This document shows, in pieces, positions 50,835-63,826 of a DNA stretch of 64,000 nucleotides; position 1 is the first letter of the stretch, and each line of letters opens with the position of its first letter. Origin of the DNA: Tetramitus jugosus (lineage: Eukaryota; Protista; Heterolobosea); assembly GCA_937625935.1 (NCBI GenBank), contig OW569360.1:310001-374000 (forward strand), given 5' to 3'. The notes below the pieces were generated by a model. The model was not told the DNA's origin and did no database searches. It worked only from the letters and a program-made list of their open reading frames with translations. The translations under genes and the position numbers were made by a program.

Positions 50835-51567
50835 ATGAAGTTCATTCTATTGATCGCTGTCGCTCTTATCGCCTTTGCTTTGGCACACAACGTCCAAGCT
50901 GACTCCACCCTTCCAAACTACCCACCTGCAAGTCAATTGCAAGCTAACGTCACCTTCCAACCAGGTCTCTATGAGAATGACAAGCAAAAGTTCACTGGTG
51001 TCTTCCACTTTAACTCTGACAGCAAAAAGTACTCCTTGTTGGCTCATGATGCCATCAGAACTACTGAAATCTCCATCTTCCTTGTAAGTGTTTCTCCGTG
51101 TTTTTTGGCGCGCAAAAGCTTTTTACAAATGATTGTTCCGATTCGCTAATCATCTCTCTTTGTTTTGTGAATGATTGTCTACATAGGAGGACTCTCACAC
51201 CCAATACGTCATGTCCGAATTCGGTGAGTTTGGCTTCGATTGCATCAAGTACACCAATGACGGTTTGACTGGCTTTGCTGGTGCTTTCATCCCTCCATTT
51301 GGCTTTGACATGAGCTCTGCTACCTACAGTGGTGTTGCTGCCTGTGCTGCTGGAAACTGCGATGCTTTCGAAATTAAGTCTGCCTCTGGTGTTAGTGCTA
51401 CCTTGCTCTTTGAAGAAGGTACCTCTGCTGACAGAAAGTTGGTTGGTGTTGAGACTGTTGACGCTCAACACAACAAGAGATCTGCTCAATTCTCCAACTG
51501 GCAAGTTACCACTCAAGATGACAGCTACTTCAAGCTCCCAACCAAGGCTAAGTGTCATGCTCCATAA
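50835..51567 (+). CDS. Secreted protein, ependymin-related/LolA-like; exons 50835-51083, 51187-51567
   Basis: Signal peptide MKFILLIAVAL; in-frame GTAAGT..AG intron; C-terminal FSNW..DDSYFKLP..C pattern. Confidence 0.6.
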
Positions 51568-51937
51568 ATTTGATCATATCGAATAAACTATGATCTATCT
51601 TTTTTTTTAGCAAACAAGAAGGTTGTTTTAAAAGAGTTTTGTAATGAAGAGAGCAAAAGACCACATTGTATTTCGAAAAACGATGTGTAATAAGAAAGAA
51701 TAATAAGTAAAACAACAACCTTAAGGTTTGGCATGCAAAATCTATTGCCAAAGTTTCATTTTGTAATTTACCATCCATGAATGTTTTGTACAGGGCAAGT
51801 TTACTAGGAAATTCTTGAATTGTGTGCACCTTTTTGCAATTCAACAATCTCACACATCGACAAACTCTTTGGTCACAAAATATGCACATGCAAAAAAACC
51901 CCTATTCTCACGTAATAATTTCATAATTCGCATTTCT

Positions 51938-52333
51938 TTAATTTTGTTGTTCTCTTTGTTCTCTTGCTCGCTTTCTTCGCAAAAACTCATCATCGGCCCA
52001 AGTATCAACAGAGTAATCCGGCTTAAAAGTCAAACATAACAAGAGTGCAAGCAAAGAACCACCAAACAGCAAATAATGTCCAAATTCCCATCCTTCATTT
52101 TGGTAGGATTGTCCCTTTGGTATATTGAACAATCTTCCTTCATCGTCAGTGTAGTGTTCGTGGTGATGGGTGTCGTGGTCGTGATGATGATCATCGAGGT
52201 GAGCTGGTGCTGCACCACCGTTCTTCACTGGTGTAGTGTGGAATTTTTGTTGTTGAACGGATAGGAAGAGTCTTTGTTGATGTTGTCTCTTGGTTACTGC
52301 TGAAACCAATAATCTTCTTGCTGCGCTGTTCAT
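51938..52333 (-). CDS. NDUFB11: Complex I subunit NDUFB11/ESSS
   Basis: Mitochondrial presequence; EGWE, single TM, FKPDYSVDTWADDEFLRR. Confidence 0.8.
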   Translation of the reverse strand: MNSAARRLLVSAVTKRQHQQRLFLSVQQQKFHTTPVKNGGAAPAHLDDHHHDHDTHHHEHYTDDEGRLFNIPKGQSYQNEGWEFGHYLLFGGSLLALLLCLTFKPDYSVDTWADDEFLRRKRAREQREQQN

Positions 52334-52598
52334 TGCTGGAAAAAAAGATGTTTTTGTTGTTGCTTTGCGTGGTTTTTTTTCTCATCGGAAAAAACATTCA
52401 TTGTAATCAATTTCACCAGCTCCGACAAATGACGCAGAAACTGGACAGTCCGACAAAAAGCTTCGAGATCAAGAAGGCAACAACTGATTGCAATATTTCA
52501 ACTTGTGTCAAAAATTTTATCAAAGCTTTGTTGTTGCATTTGATTGTGAAGATACGACCAATCATCGTTTGCACAATTGAAAAAAAAGCTGTTGTACT

Positions 52599-54848
52599 AT
52601 GAAACCGCAAACTGCTGCTTTTTATCCATCGACCAACAAGAACAATACCAACAATAGTAGTATGAAGTCAGTGAGCAGTGGCATGAGTGCCTCTTCGAGT
52701 CCATTCATACCCAGTCAATCATCGTCGTTTGGCTCTCCATCGACATCATCATTGTTCATTCCATCGTCTCCCTCATCTTCTTCTGCGTCGATGGCTACTC
52801 ACCATCATTATCACTCTCAACAGGTATGACGATTATACGACGACTAGAATTTTTTTAAAAGTCATTAACTTTTTTTGTGTTGTCACAATTAACTTGTTGT
52901 TGGTTATTTGTTGTGATCCAATCAACAATAGAATATTGCTTCACCAGTCAAGTCCACTCCATTCTATCCACAATCTCAACAAGCATCTTCTTCTTCATCT
53001 TCTACAATCGGTCATCATCACCATCATAGTCATCATAGTCATCATCAGTCGCAGCAGCAATCAAAATCACCACAACCATCATTCATTCCATTTTATCCAT
53101 CTGTCAGCACTACTGATTCATCTACTGCCTATGGAAGTCCCAGTCGATCATCTACACTGCAACAACAGACGAGGCACAATCAACATCATCAACACTACCA
53201 TCAACTACAACAGCAGCAGTCACAGCAACCACAACCACAACAACAACTATATTCAACGAAGAACATGACGTCCTCTGCTCCCTTTAGACCATCGTTGGAC
53301 TCGACTCAAAAAGTGCAAAAGTTGAACATGTCGAGTGGAAGTGGTCAAGGTGCCTATTCACGTCTTGCTACTTCATTCTCGCCAATTGCTTCCTCTTCGC
53401 CAATGCCCTCCTCTCCGTATGCTTCTGTGGATCATCAGCATCATCATCATGCAACAACCACTGTTGCACCACCATATGCTTCTTCGAGTACTCCCTATCG
53501 ATCTGTTGCCTCCTTTTCAATGAATGAAGGATTGAGACAAATGCTAGTGAATCGAACAATGCTTGCACACCGATTAATGACACCTTCAGAGTTGAGTGAA
53601 ACACAGGTTCCAACCAATGTACAGCACTTTCATTCATTGTACCCATTGGATGCATCTGTCAACATTCAAAACAGCGACAACCAATCGAAAATTTGTAATT
53701 TTATGACAGAGGTGTACAAAGCAGTGAATTCAATGAATGGATCTCCGTGTGTGCTGAGGCGAATAAAGGCAATATCATCCAATTCGAAGACAAGCCTTCC
53801 GTCATGGGAATTTGCAAATCGATACGTGGACATTTGGAAGCAGTTGAAACATCCGAATATTGTTGGTCTGCAGTCCCTATTCAGTACGAGTGAGTTTGGA
53901 GCATCTGCTTCCTCGCCAGAATGGGTGTTTGTGTATGATTATTTTGTGGGAAGTGAAAGTTTGGAGGCACATTATTCTGTGAACGCGATTCGTGCACCTC
54001 CAGAGCCGATCATGTGGAGTTACATTTGTCAAATTGTGTCTGCGCTAAAAGTGATACATGCATCTAGTCTAGCGTACAGAGCACTGCATTCATCAAAGGT
54101 GTTATTGCTGTCCAGTAACAGGCGCATTAAGTTGAACTGTGTTGGACTATTGGATGTATTATGTCCAGTTCGCGAGAGAGATGCACCAGAAGATCAACCG
54201 CTCGACGAAGAACAAGTCGATAACATTTATTATGATCAGTTGGCAGAACTTCAGGATCAAGACATTATGGATCTTGGATATCTATTATTGAACTTGGCGA
54301 GCAAGAGCAATGATGCCAAGTTACATGTTGACAAGCGACTATCCGAAATTGAGAATGTGTATTCTGAGGAGTTTGTAGACCTCGTGAAGTATTTGGTATC
54401 GGAGGGTGAGGAGTTGAAATCCATTGATGATATCATAAACATGATAGGTTCGCACTATCATGACGAAACAGTCTACTTGTATGAACAAAATGATTACCTG
54501 GAGGACGAGCTGGTCAAGGAACTCGATAATGGAAGACTGTTACGACTTCTGGTGAAACTAAACTTTGCAATTCAGTACGCAGAGGAACAACAAAAGTATA
54601 CGAACTCGGATTCTGGTGATCTACATGTACTTTTACTTTTTAGTGACTATTTATTCAAGCAGGTCAATTCAGATGGTTCACCTGTGATAGACTATGGTCA
54701 CATTACGGAAACGCTTAACAAACTAGATGCTGGTACGAGCGAAAAGCTTCTTTTAATGAGTAAGGATGAGCAATCTCTCATTGTAGCTAGTTTCAAGGAG
54801 CTCAAGAGGAGCGTCAACCAAATATTTAAGTTCTTCTTTGAGCTATGA
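52599..54848 (+). CDS. PAN3: PAN3 deadenylase subunit (pseudokinase + C-terminal knob); exons 52599-52823, 52932-54848
   Basis: FHSLYPLD, WKQLKHPNIVGL, FVYDY, KELDNGRLLRLLVKLNF, LNKLDAG..LMSKDEQ; PAM2-like SxxPFxPS repeats at the N-terminus. Confidence 0.9.
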
Positions 54849-55252
54849 TATTTGATGAAAGGAAAGAAATATTTATTCACTATATAAATACATATTATTG
54901 TAGATACAGTGCATGATTGTTTGTTTGGGATTCGACATTTCCAAAGACAGACTAGAGTGGTCTGTTGCCAAAGTAGTTCCCGTTGCCCTCGATCTGATGT
55001 TCCGTAGAACCGGGATAATCGGTTCCAGTTGGGTATCTACGACGACTTCGAGACCAACAACTTTCCACACCGGTGAAGGGTCCTATTTTTGTTGGACTCT
55101 GGAATGGCCTTTTAAAACTTCTGAATACTACTCTCACTTCTTTCCCTATTTATTTATAATTGTGGCTCCTCCAAGGCTCCATACTTGAGACTGAACAGAA
55201 ACTTGAATCAAGAGATTTAATACTGCGAATAGAAGAAGACAAAAGTAGTGAT

Positions 55253-58195
55253 ATGAAGAATCCTCATAATCAAATATTCCCTATATCGAGCTCGTTAGAT
55301 ACGAGCTACACTTCACGGAGAAGAACGTCCTCTTCTGTGAGCTCCAAAAGTTCAAGAAAACCTAGTGAATCATTTTCCGCGTATGATAACATTGGTCACT
55401 CCAAGTCTGGATACTTTGCCGAGCAATTGAAGCTTGGAACGAGTAGGTTATCATTCAGGAGACGCGATTCTCAAAGGTCGAATGGTTCAACCTCTTCTCG
55501 ATGTTGGTTCTGCTGTTTTACTTCGCATGTGGAGGATGATGAAGTACCCGTGTTCTCCAAACCTCATCTCAGAACTTCATCCGATGAGTTATATCCTGTG
55601 TCTGAAGATGAATCGACCCTAGTTCCGGTCATTGAACGAATAGTGAGCAGACGAAACTCCATGTCATACCCACCAATGAACGAAGTGTATGTCGAGAATA
55701 CATCCACTACTCAACAACCTCCACTTTCAGCTCCCACTCTCAACAGTAATTCATACTCGAATCTATCTAGTTACACTTCTAAGAATACCAAGGAACGATT
55801 CATGATGGTTGATGATGAACCTCGTTATCCATCTCTCGAAACTTCCAAAGAAGATTACATCCCCGAGAAGCCACACGATGTCTCAGCAGCAGCAACACAT
55901 GACAAGAATGGGCCGACAACCTTCCTACCAACATGCTCAACAACTCTTACAACAGTCAACGTCAGTCACACCCATTTTTTATGCAACTGCTTTTTTTCCC
56001 CGAATCCTCTCCGTTCCCTCATGCTGAACCAGCAACCAGCAGCAGTCGAGCTCCACCAACATCAGAACGCCCCAAACGACCACCACCCTCACCATCACCA
56101 GACAAAAACACGAAGAAGTAGAGGAATTTTTAGCCACAAAAACAGCAAAAAGAAAATGGGTGTGGTTCAGTCAGTTCACGATAACGCATCCGATCGTTCA
56201 CCCATCACTCCACGCAGTAGCGATGACAATCATCACAACAATAATAATGGTAGCAATGGTAGTAATAGTAGTAATAGTAGTAGTCATGTGACAAACAACA
56301 ACAAGCGAAGAACAACAGTGATTGGTCAAGTTTCTAATGTTCATTCTGAAGGAAACGGTTCCATGAGCAGTACATCAACTGCACAACAACAACAAGTGTT
56401 GAGTAGTAATAGTGGTGCTAGTAGTAGTAGCAGTAGTAGTAATAGCAGTAGTAATAGCAGTAGTAATAGTAGTGTTGTAGACAATGATGCTGCTTCAATT
56501 GAAAAAACACGACAACAACAACAACAACAACAATTATTGTTGCAACAGTCGGAACAACATACAAGAACGAGATCATCTACATTGCCATCTATATCCAGTT
56601 GGTTCCGAAAGCGAAAAAATAACAATAACAAGAAGAATAAGAACCATGCAAGTGGTGGTAGTAGTAGTGGTAGTGGTTCATCAGTAGTCCATAATAATAA
56701 TACGAACAGTAGTAATGACGAGTCGGACAAGCAAGTGGAAAGAAGTAGTTTGGACCTGGGTCATCATCAGAACATTTCATCCGATAAGAATGGTGCGGTG
56801 AACAAGTCGTTTTTTCGGGAGACAAAATTGGTTCGAATGGGAACGGACGAAGAGGGAAATAAGACGGTGAACGAGTATAGTATTATTCGGACGTTGGGCA
56901 GTGGAAGTTATGGAAAAGTCAAGTTGGCAATGGACAGTAAGAATAAGGCATTTGTATGTGTGAGCTTATGTGTGTGTGTTGGTGTGCGATGGATGTGCGA
57001 GGATGACGGAGACGATGATGATCCGAATCATTTTTGTTATTGTTATTTGTGTGTGACACATTTTTTTAACATGTGCTCGTTTTTTTGTTTGTTTCGTGTC
57101 ACATTGAATGTCTGTGCATGACAATGTGTAATGATGTGACGTGAAAATTTATAGGCCATTAAAATTATGAACAAATCCATGCTGAAGCGTGTTCAAAAGA
57201 GTGATGATGTGAGAAAGGAGGTGGCCATCCTAAAAAAGATGAAACATCCAAATGTTGTTCGATTGTATGAGGTGATTGATGATCCGGAGAATGAAAAGTT
57301 GTTCCTGGTGATGGAGTATGTACAGAACGGGCCAGTGTTAAAATTGGAGAACAATCGGGCAAAGTGCACCTTTAGTGAACAAAAGAGCAGAAAATATATT
57401 AATGATATTCTGAGTGGATTGGAATATTTGCACAGTATGCGAGTTTGTCACAGAGATATCAAACCGGAAAACTTGTTGCTCGATGGATCCGATAATGTGA
57501 AATTATCCGATTTTGGAGTGAGCACAATGTATGAAGGTGAGGATGATACCGTAAAAGTGACTGCTGGTACACCTGCTTTCTTGGCACCTGAGGCATGCAC
57601 CGGAGAGAAGTATTCGGGAAGAATGGCCGATATATGGGCTGTAGGTGTCACATTATTCATTTTTACCTTTGGTTATCTTCCATTCAATGGCGATTCCTAT
57701 ATGGAAATGTATAAGAGCATTCAGAACGATCCATTGTTGTTCCCTGATGGAGATGAGTCAATTGAAGTGAGCGCAGAGTTAAAGAACCTCATTAAGAGAA
57801 TGTTAGAGAAGGATGCGAAGAATAGAATCCGGTTACCAGATATCAAGAATCATCCATGGATAACACAGACAGGAACAATTGAAGAAGCAGAGAAAATGGA
57901 GTCAGTGTACGACATGGATTTGGATGACGAAAGCGAGACGATACCAATTACCGATACTGAAGTCAAGAATGCTATTGTCGAAGGTTCAAGTAAGGTGGTC
58001 GATCAATTTTTTATGCTAGTCAAAATGAAGTCAAAACTGAAGAAGATGGCAGATGATGCTAGGACCAAAGTGCCTGACCCAGACCTTGGCTCCGAAGTCG
58101 AAGCCATTACGGACGACTCGTCAGAAAAGCAAGAAAATCAGACAAACGATCTCTCGACGGACATGGATGCCAAAGGAGTGACCACACCCGAATAA
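55253..58195 (+). CDS. CaMKK/SAK1-like Ser/Thr kinase with long low-complexity N-terminus; intron 56954-57154; start uncertain (55253 or 56156)
   Basis: KTVNEY..LGSGSYGKVKLA..AIK, EVAILKKMKHPNVVRLYEVIDDP, HRDIKPEN, DFG, AGTPAFLAPE. Confidence 0.85.
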
Positions 58196-58242
58196 CAAGT
58201 TAATTATTTATAATGTTGGTACTATTATGATCGTGTATTGTT

Positions 58243-59552
58243 CTAGTTTCTGGTATCGAATTCAAAGTCGGGCAGTGGAATCCATTCACCAGCTCTCATT
58301 CTACCAGGCACTTTAGCTTCTAGGTTCTTCTGCAGATAATCAGTAAACCACATTTCGCCGGTTCCCTCGGGTTGGTTATCTTCGAAGTGGCCGTAGTAAA
58401 AGTTTCCATCGCACATTTTCCAGAATCCAAGTCCCAGCTGTCCCTTTTCCCATGTTCCTTCAAAAATACAGCTCTTATTAACAAAGTGATAGACACCTTC
58501 TCCGTGCTTTAATCCTTCGGCCCATTGGCCGACGTATCGATCACCGTTAGGATAGTACATTTCACCTTGTCCATGCCGTTTGTTGTTCATCCAATTGCCA
58601 ACATAGATGGAACCATCCTTGTTTTTCATAACTCCTCTACCATGCTTCATGTTCTCCTTGTATTGCCCAGCATAGAAAGGATAAGGTCCATATTGTAATA
58701 CATAGTACACATTCAGTAGTTTTAATGAAGGATCGTTGGCACAGAGATGCTTTGCAGCTTCCATGAACTTCTCCTCCTTCACCAATGGTGACACAATCTC
58801 ATCTTCTTTCGCCAACTTATCAACTAGAACATCTTGAGGAATTAATCCCTTCTCTCTCTTCTTTTTCATTGTATGTTTGAATAGATAGATCCCTCTACCA
58901 TGTTTCATCTCACTTTCAAACTCTCCGATGTAGCTATCTTCGTTTGAGTAGTAGGCAAGACCCTTTCCATGCCTATGATTGAATTCATTTCTTCCACCAC
59001 CATAAATCTGAAAAAATCAAATGATATGTAAATTCTAAGAAGAAACAGAATGAGAACTTATAGCTTGTGAAGTACTTACACCCAGAGTCACGACATATTT
59101 CACTCTATTCTCGTCAATGCCAGGATGCTCTTCCAAATATTGACTAATGAAACCTTCCTTATCAAATCCATCGTCAAATTCAATCTTCTTTCCATCTTCG
59201 TCGAACTCTTCCTCTTCTTCAATTTCTTCCTCCTCTGCTTCTTCTTCTCCTTCCTCTTCAGCAAAGAATTGCTTCTTTGCAGTCATGTAGTCATCCCAAA
59301 TTTTCTTGTCCCACTTTTTGAACAAGTCAATTTCATCCATTTCCTCATAATCAAAGTCTAATTCAATATTTATTTATGTAAGAACCATGTCTACACACAA
59401 CTAGAAGCACAACAGTTCAAGTATTTACCTTCTTCTGGTTGTTCTTCCTCACCTTCTTGTTCGTCTTCTTGTTCTCCTTCCTCCTCTTCTTCCTCAGGCT
59501 CAGATTGAGACATTACTTCTTCTTCATCATGATCTTCTTCATCGTCATACAT
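58243..59552 (-). CDS. MORN-repeat protein with acidic N-terminus; exons 59552-59429, 59357-59080, 59007-58243
   Basis: YxGxWxxxKRHGxG repeats; GT-AG introns keep frame. Confidence 0.82.
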
Positions 59553-59685
59553 GGTTCCTGAATTCAAGCAATTTCCTTAGCCGTTTCTTGAATTTTCGTA
59601 ATTTGCTTCTGGCGCCAAAAATCTCAGTTTCTATTTATTCCAGAAATAAAACGAAATTCACACAAACAAAAATTGTTCTTCAAAA

Positions 59686-62121
59686 ATGCAATCGATTGAC
59701 GTGGAAGCGGATGATGACTTGGTCATCATTGAGCACTATGTCCACGTGTATGAACTTGTTCTATGGTCACCAAAATCTTCCAAAAACAACAATGCCAATT
59801 CATCTCTGCGAAACAAGGTCTACGATTGCACATCAGAGCTCACACTCAATCGCATGTTGGTTTTAACAAGAGAAAAGTTGATTGAAAATTTTCCGTTTCG
59901 ATTAGTAGGCGATGGTACATCTCCTCTCTTTCTTCCACTTCATTTGTATAAAGTAGAGGCAACGGATGATCAGTTGAGAGAGTTGTTGGTGTTGATGAGA
60001 CGCATATTGATGTATAATTGTGGTCAGGAAACGTACCGTGTTCCCAATCATTTTGTTGACATGTTGTTTGTGGAGTCGGGAAATAATGGTAAAAAGCCAC
60101 TGGGTGAGAATGGAATAGTGTTGATTCCAGTGAGAGAGCTAGCGAGGTGGAAGCAAGTCATGGATAGGAAGAATGGTAAATCATCTGCAATTTCGTTTGA
60201 ATTTTTTCAGCGTTCGCTACAAACAGAGATGCTCTTTGGAACATCTTTGCCGACACATGGCAATGAAAAGAACAGTGACGATGATGATGCTATTGCGTTT
60301 TATCCTGTGTCTATCCTATCGATCGAAAATTGGATTCGATCTCTGGAAAATGATCAACAGTACAAGCTGAGTAAAACATTTTCAAAGGTCCACTCACTTA
60401 AATCGAAGTATGCTGAAGAGTTCAAGTATGAGGACGTGTCCAATACTCAAGATGAAGCATTGAGAGTGTATATTGGTCGGTATGAACAGTTAATGGCAAA
60501 TGTCGCAGGATCGATCGCGGTGCATAAGAACACTGGTGAGATGTTTCGAGTTGAATACCTGTTAATGGAACACGATCTAACCGTCGTGTGTCAACCGGTT
60601 CAATCACTTTGTGATATGCAATCGACATCGTCATGGACTCAATATTTGGAATTGTATTTCAATGGTGAAAGGTCCGATGATTGGTGTGGTTTGAGCAGTC
60701 ATGTTTGTGTTTCGTGTAGCGACTTGTTCATGCTTCCGTTCACGAGACAAGTGATCGATATATTAGCAAACACCAACATGGTTATTGGAATATTGAGTAG
60801 TATGTCAATTCAATCTCGGATGATTCACTCGTTAGAGTACGATATGGCGTTGTCATTTGATATGAACATTGCGATCAACAGTCTTGTTACAGAAGACTTT
60901 TGTATTAAGGTTGGTAATGGATTGGAATTGAGCTCAAAACTACTTATTGTTGGCAAGTATGCCATGGACTTAGTTCTGTCGAAAATTACTTTCGAAAAGT
61001 ATCTAGAGACGAAGGATCGGAGTATACTAACAAAGAAAGATGATATCGACTCTAAATTGATACAAATAGCGAAAAAGCTACAATTAGGATCCTACGTTTT
61101 ATCGATGCCTGATGCGGTGATAACTGAAGAGCAACTATTGAAAATAATGTATTCTCTGATTGGATCAGTTTTCATCGTGGAGGATGGCTTGAAGCAGGTG
61201 ACTCGATTTTGCGCAAAGTTCCTTTTCGAAGGAGAACCGTTAACATATCGGAAGGCAACCAAACCCAAGCATGAGTTCGTTTTACGGGTTGAGAGTCTCC
61301 TGGATGGATACCAATTTTCTCATAACTGTATGTGTCTTAACTTTTCACAGCGAGACAATGCTGAGATTATAAATCAAATAGTTGAGCTTGGAAATTGTAT
61401 GATACGACTGGCAGTGCTTGTCAATATTGCCAAGAACAATTCAGATGTATCGTTCAATGATATTCATGAGAAGATTCATGAGTTTGTGACACCTGATTCA
61501 TTATTGAGGGCATCAATTCCTTTCAACAAGCTCCAAAGCTCAGTCACTAAACGTAATCTACTCTCCGTAATTGTTGGATTATTATTCATTGACGATGGTC
61601 TCTCATTCAATCCGATCGATAGTGAGGATCAAATACCAGAGTGTGATGTCAGTACCGGATTTATTGGCAAGTACTTCCTAAGGATTATTGACATGACACC
61701 AAGGCTCAATAAGCTTCGAAAAGTAACGAATCAACCTGCACTTAGTACTACACGAATGGTTCGTGTGTCAGATGCCAGATCCTTCATAAAACAACAACAC
61801 GAAGCCCTCAAAAAAGTTCGCGAAGATGAGAAGACACTGCTAAAGGAACTTCAGGATGACTTGAGAACACTCAAAGAGGAAGCGACTGAAACAAAGAATA
61901 CTCTTCAAGAGATATCAACAATTGAAGTCAAACTCCTCTCATCGAACGCACAGTCAGTTCCTGCCTCTCTGTTGAATGCCAACCTCGATTCCATTCTTGA
62001 ATACGTAACATCTCTGAACAAAGAGATAGAAGTTGAAGAACCTCCACTCAACAAGAAATCTTCAAAAAGGACACGAAGAAGAAAGTGTTTCAAGAAGAAG
62101 AAGCGCAAAAAACAGAACTGA
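59686..62121 (+). CDS. Hypothetical protein with two degenerate RNase III-like segments, coiled coil and basic tail
   Basis: 811-aa ORF; LLIVGKYAMDLVLS..IAKKLQLGSYV..MYSLIGSVFI and VESLLDGYQF..VELGNCMIRL..VIVGLLFID. Confidence 0.6.
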   Translation: MQSIDVEADDDLVIIEHYVHVYELVLWSPKSSKNNNANSSLRNKVYDCTSELTLNRMLVLTREKLIENFPFRLVGDGTSPLFLPLHLYKVEATDDQLRELLVLMRRILMYNCGQETYRVPNHFVDMLFVESGNNGKKPLGENGIVLIPVRELARWKQVMDRKNGKSSAISFEFFQRSLQTEMLFGTSLPTHGNEKNSDDDDAIAFYPVSILSIENWIRSLENDQQYKLSKTFSKVHSLKSKYAEEFKYEDVSNTQDEALRVYIGRYEQLMANVAGSIAVHKNTGEMFRVEYLLMEHDLTVVCQPVQSLCDMQSTSSWTQYLELYFNGERSDDWCGLSSHVCVSCSDLFMLPFTRQVIDILANTNMVIGILSSMSIQSRMIHSLEYDMALSFDMNIAINSLVTEDFCIKVGNGLELSSKLLIVGKYAMDLVLSKITFEKYLETKDRSILTKKDDIDSKLIQIAKKLQLGSYVLSMPDAVITEEQLLKIMYSLIGSVFIVEDGLKQVTRFCAKFLFEGEPLTYRKATKPKHEFVLRVESLLDGYQFSHNCMCLNFSQRDNAEIINQIVELGNCMIRLAVLVNIAKNNSDVSFNDIHEKIHEFVTPDSLLRASIPFNKLQSSVTKRNLLSVIVGLLFIDDGLSFNPIDSEDQIPECDVSTGFIGKYFLRIIDMTPRLNKLRKVTNQPALSTTRMVRVSDARSFIKQQHEALKKVREDEKTLLKELQDDLRTLKEEATETKNTLQEISTIEVKLLSSNAQSVPASLLNANLDSILEYVTSLNKEIEVEEPPLNKKSSKRTRRRKCFKKKKRKKQN

Positions 62122-62279
62122 TACTCCGCTGTAAATCCTGACAGCTCTGTCATCACCAAACGGTTCAAAGGAACTTATTCACCGCTTTCATCATTGATGC
62201 GACAATGAAAGGAACAACAACCAAACGGTTCAACCAAAACAACACCCCACACAAACAACAAACAACACAACACAAAAAA

Positions 62280-62585
62280 ATGGTATCCGTCAATAGTGTC
62301 ACAAGCAACAAATTCTTTTTGCCAATCGCCGCTGCCGCCGCCACAGCTGTACTACTCGGAATTTCTATCCGCATTTGGAGCAAGTGGTCATCCGTAGCAG
62401 AGCAAGACAAGAAAAATGATGACTCTTCGGATGATGATGAAGACGGTGGAGAACTCTTGACTTTTGAAGAATTTATTCTGGCTGAGAATGAAAAAACTGA
62501 TTCTACAGAGTTGAGCTTCAAGGAATTTATGCAAAAGGAAAAAAAGAGGGAATCTTTGGCGCGAAGATCTCAACGAGTCGATTAA
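62280..62585 (+). CDS. Small single-pass membrane protein
   Basis: N-terminal TM, acidic C-terminal half. Confidence 0.5.
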   Translation: MVSVNSVTSNKFFLPIAAAAATAVLLGISIRIWSKWSSVAEQDKKNDDSSDDDEDGGELLTFEEFILAENEKTDSTELSFKEFMQKEKKRESLARRSQRVD

Positions 62586-62923
62586 CTGTTGATCCTCTCT
62601 GGATTGACCTCAGTCTTGTTGTTGAAGCTGAGAATAACAACTTGTTTGTCCAATTGAGTGTTGACAGACTACGTTGTGTGTAGACCACACTGGTAGATGA
62701 AAGTCGTGTGTGAATTCACATCATTCGTCACTTGTCTTGTGCGTCATCATGCAGAAGGTACCTTCCACAAAAAGAACAAAACTTTCCACGGGTACCCTCA
62801 CACAAAATACATAAAAACAAAAAAGCTTACAAAACTCCTTTGTATTGATTGCACACCACACACACGTGACACCAGAGCAAAAGAAAAATAGGATCATACA
62901 TTTCAGTTTATTTTATTGTGATT

Positions 62924-63625
62924 TTAGAGTCCAAGGATTTGCTTCTTCTTTTGAGCAAATTCCTCCTCTGACAAAATTCCCTTATCGCGCAACTCTGCCA
63001 ACTTGATCAAATCATCCAAATTTCCACTACCAGAAGAAGCTGCTGGCTTTGCTGGTGCAACGACTACAGTTGGTGTAGTCTTTGGTGGTGTAAACACAAC
63101 TGGCTTGCTCACAACAGGTGCTGTTGTTTGTGGTTGTTCTGATGGTGATGATGATGCACTTTGATTTGCAACCATCTTTGAACGATTGACCAAACTCGTG
63201 AACGCATTCATTCGTTGAACATTGGCATGAACATGATTGTCCTGTACGGTAGTCACTTCAATATCAATTGGTTTCTTAGGTGCGTTACTTGCATTTTTTC
63301 CACTGTTTGCTACTGTTACACTCTGATTCATGTGTTGTGCTGCTTTGGCTTGTTGATTGAAACCGGTGATTTGATCGGCCATGAGCACAATTTCACTAAT
63401 GAATGAAAATTTAATGTCACTGTAACCATTCTTGTCAATGTTAATCTTTTCATTGACACCGTCATCGTTCCAGTACACATTGCTCATGCACCACTCGTTG
63501 CACAAGTCTTTTAATGGAATTTTTCCGTCTTTTGTTTTTACAATTTTTCGTTTGAGTTCTTGTGTCTTGTTGAACTTGTTGACTAGAATGACTGGAATGC
63601 CCTCTGGATTATCAATATCTTCCAT
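62924..63625 (-). CDS. SHOCT-domain protein
   Basis: C-terminal LIKLAELRDKGILSEEEFAQKKKQIL. Confidence 0.8.
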   Translation of the reverse strand: MEDIDNPEGIPVILVNKFNKTQELKRKIVKTKDGKIPLKDLCNEWCMSNVYWNDDGVNEKINIDKNGYSDIKFSFISEIVLMADQITGFNQQAKAAQHMNQSVTVANSGKNASNAPKKPIDIEVTTVQDNHVHANVQRMNAFTSLVNRSKMVANQSASSSPSEQPQTTAPVVSKPVVFTPPKTTPTVVVAPAKPAASSGSGNLDDLIKLAELRDKGILSEEEFAQKKKQILGL

Positions 63626-63826
63626 TGTTGTTACTGTTGTTATTGTGTGGTGTTTTTTGATTTTGTGCTCGCTGTAATTTTTACTTGTTCTATTTGACAA
63701 GTGATTCGAGAACAGTTCGAGCTCGGTGACATGTGACAACAGTTGAACTTTCAATCATTCAATTGAACTCTCCTCCAATCGGACCAACAACAAATGCAAA
63801 TTCCAAAAGAAAACAACAAAAACAAC

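Noticed and set aside
54913-55188. 91-aa ORF upstream of the CaMKK-like gene
   Set aside because: No motif, and I could not establish a splice connection
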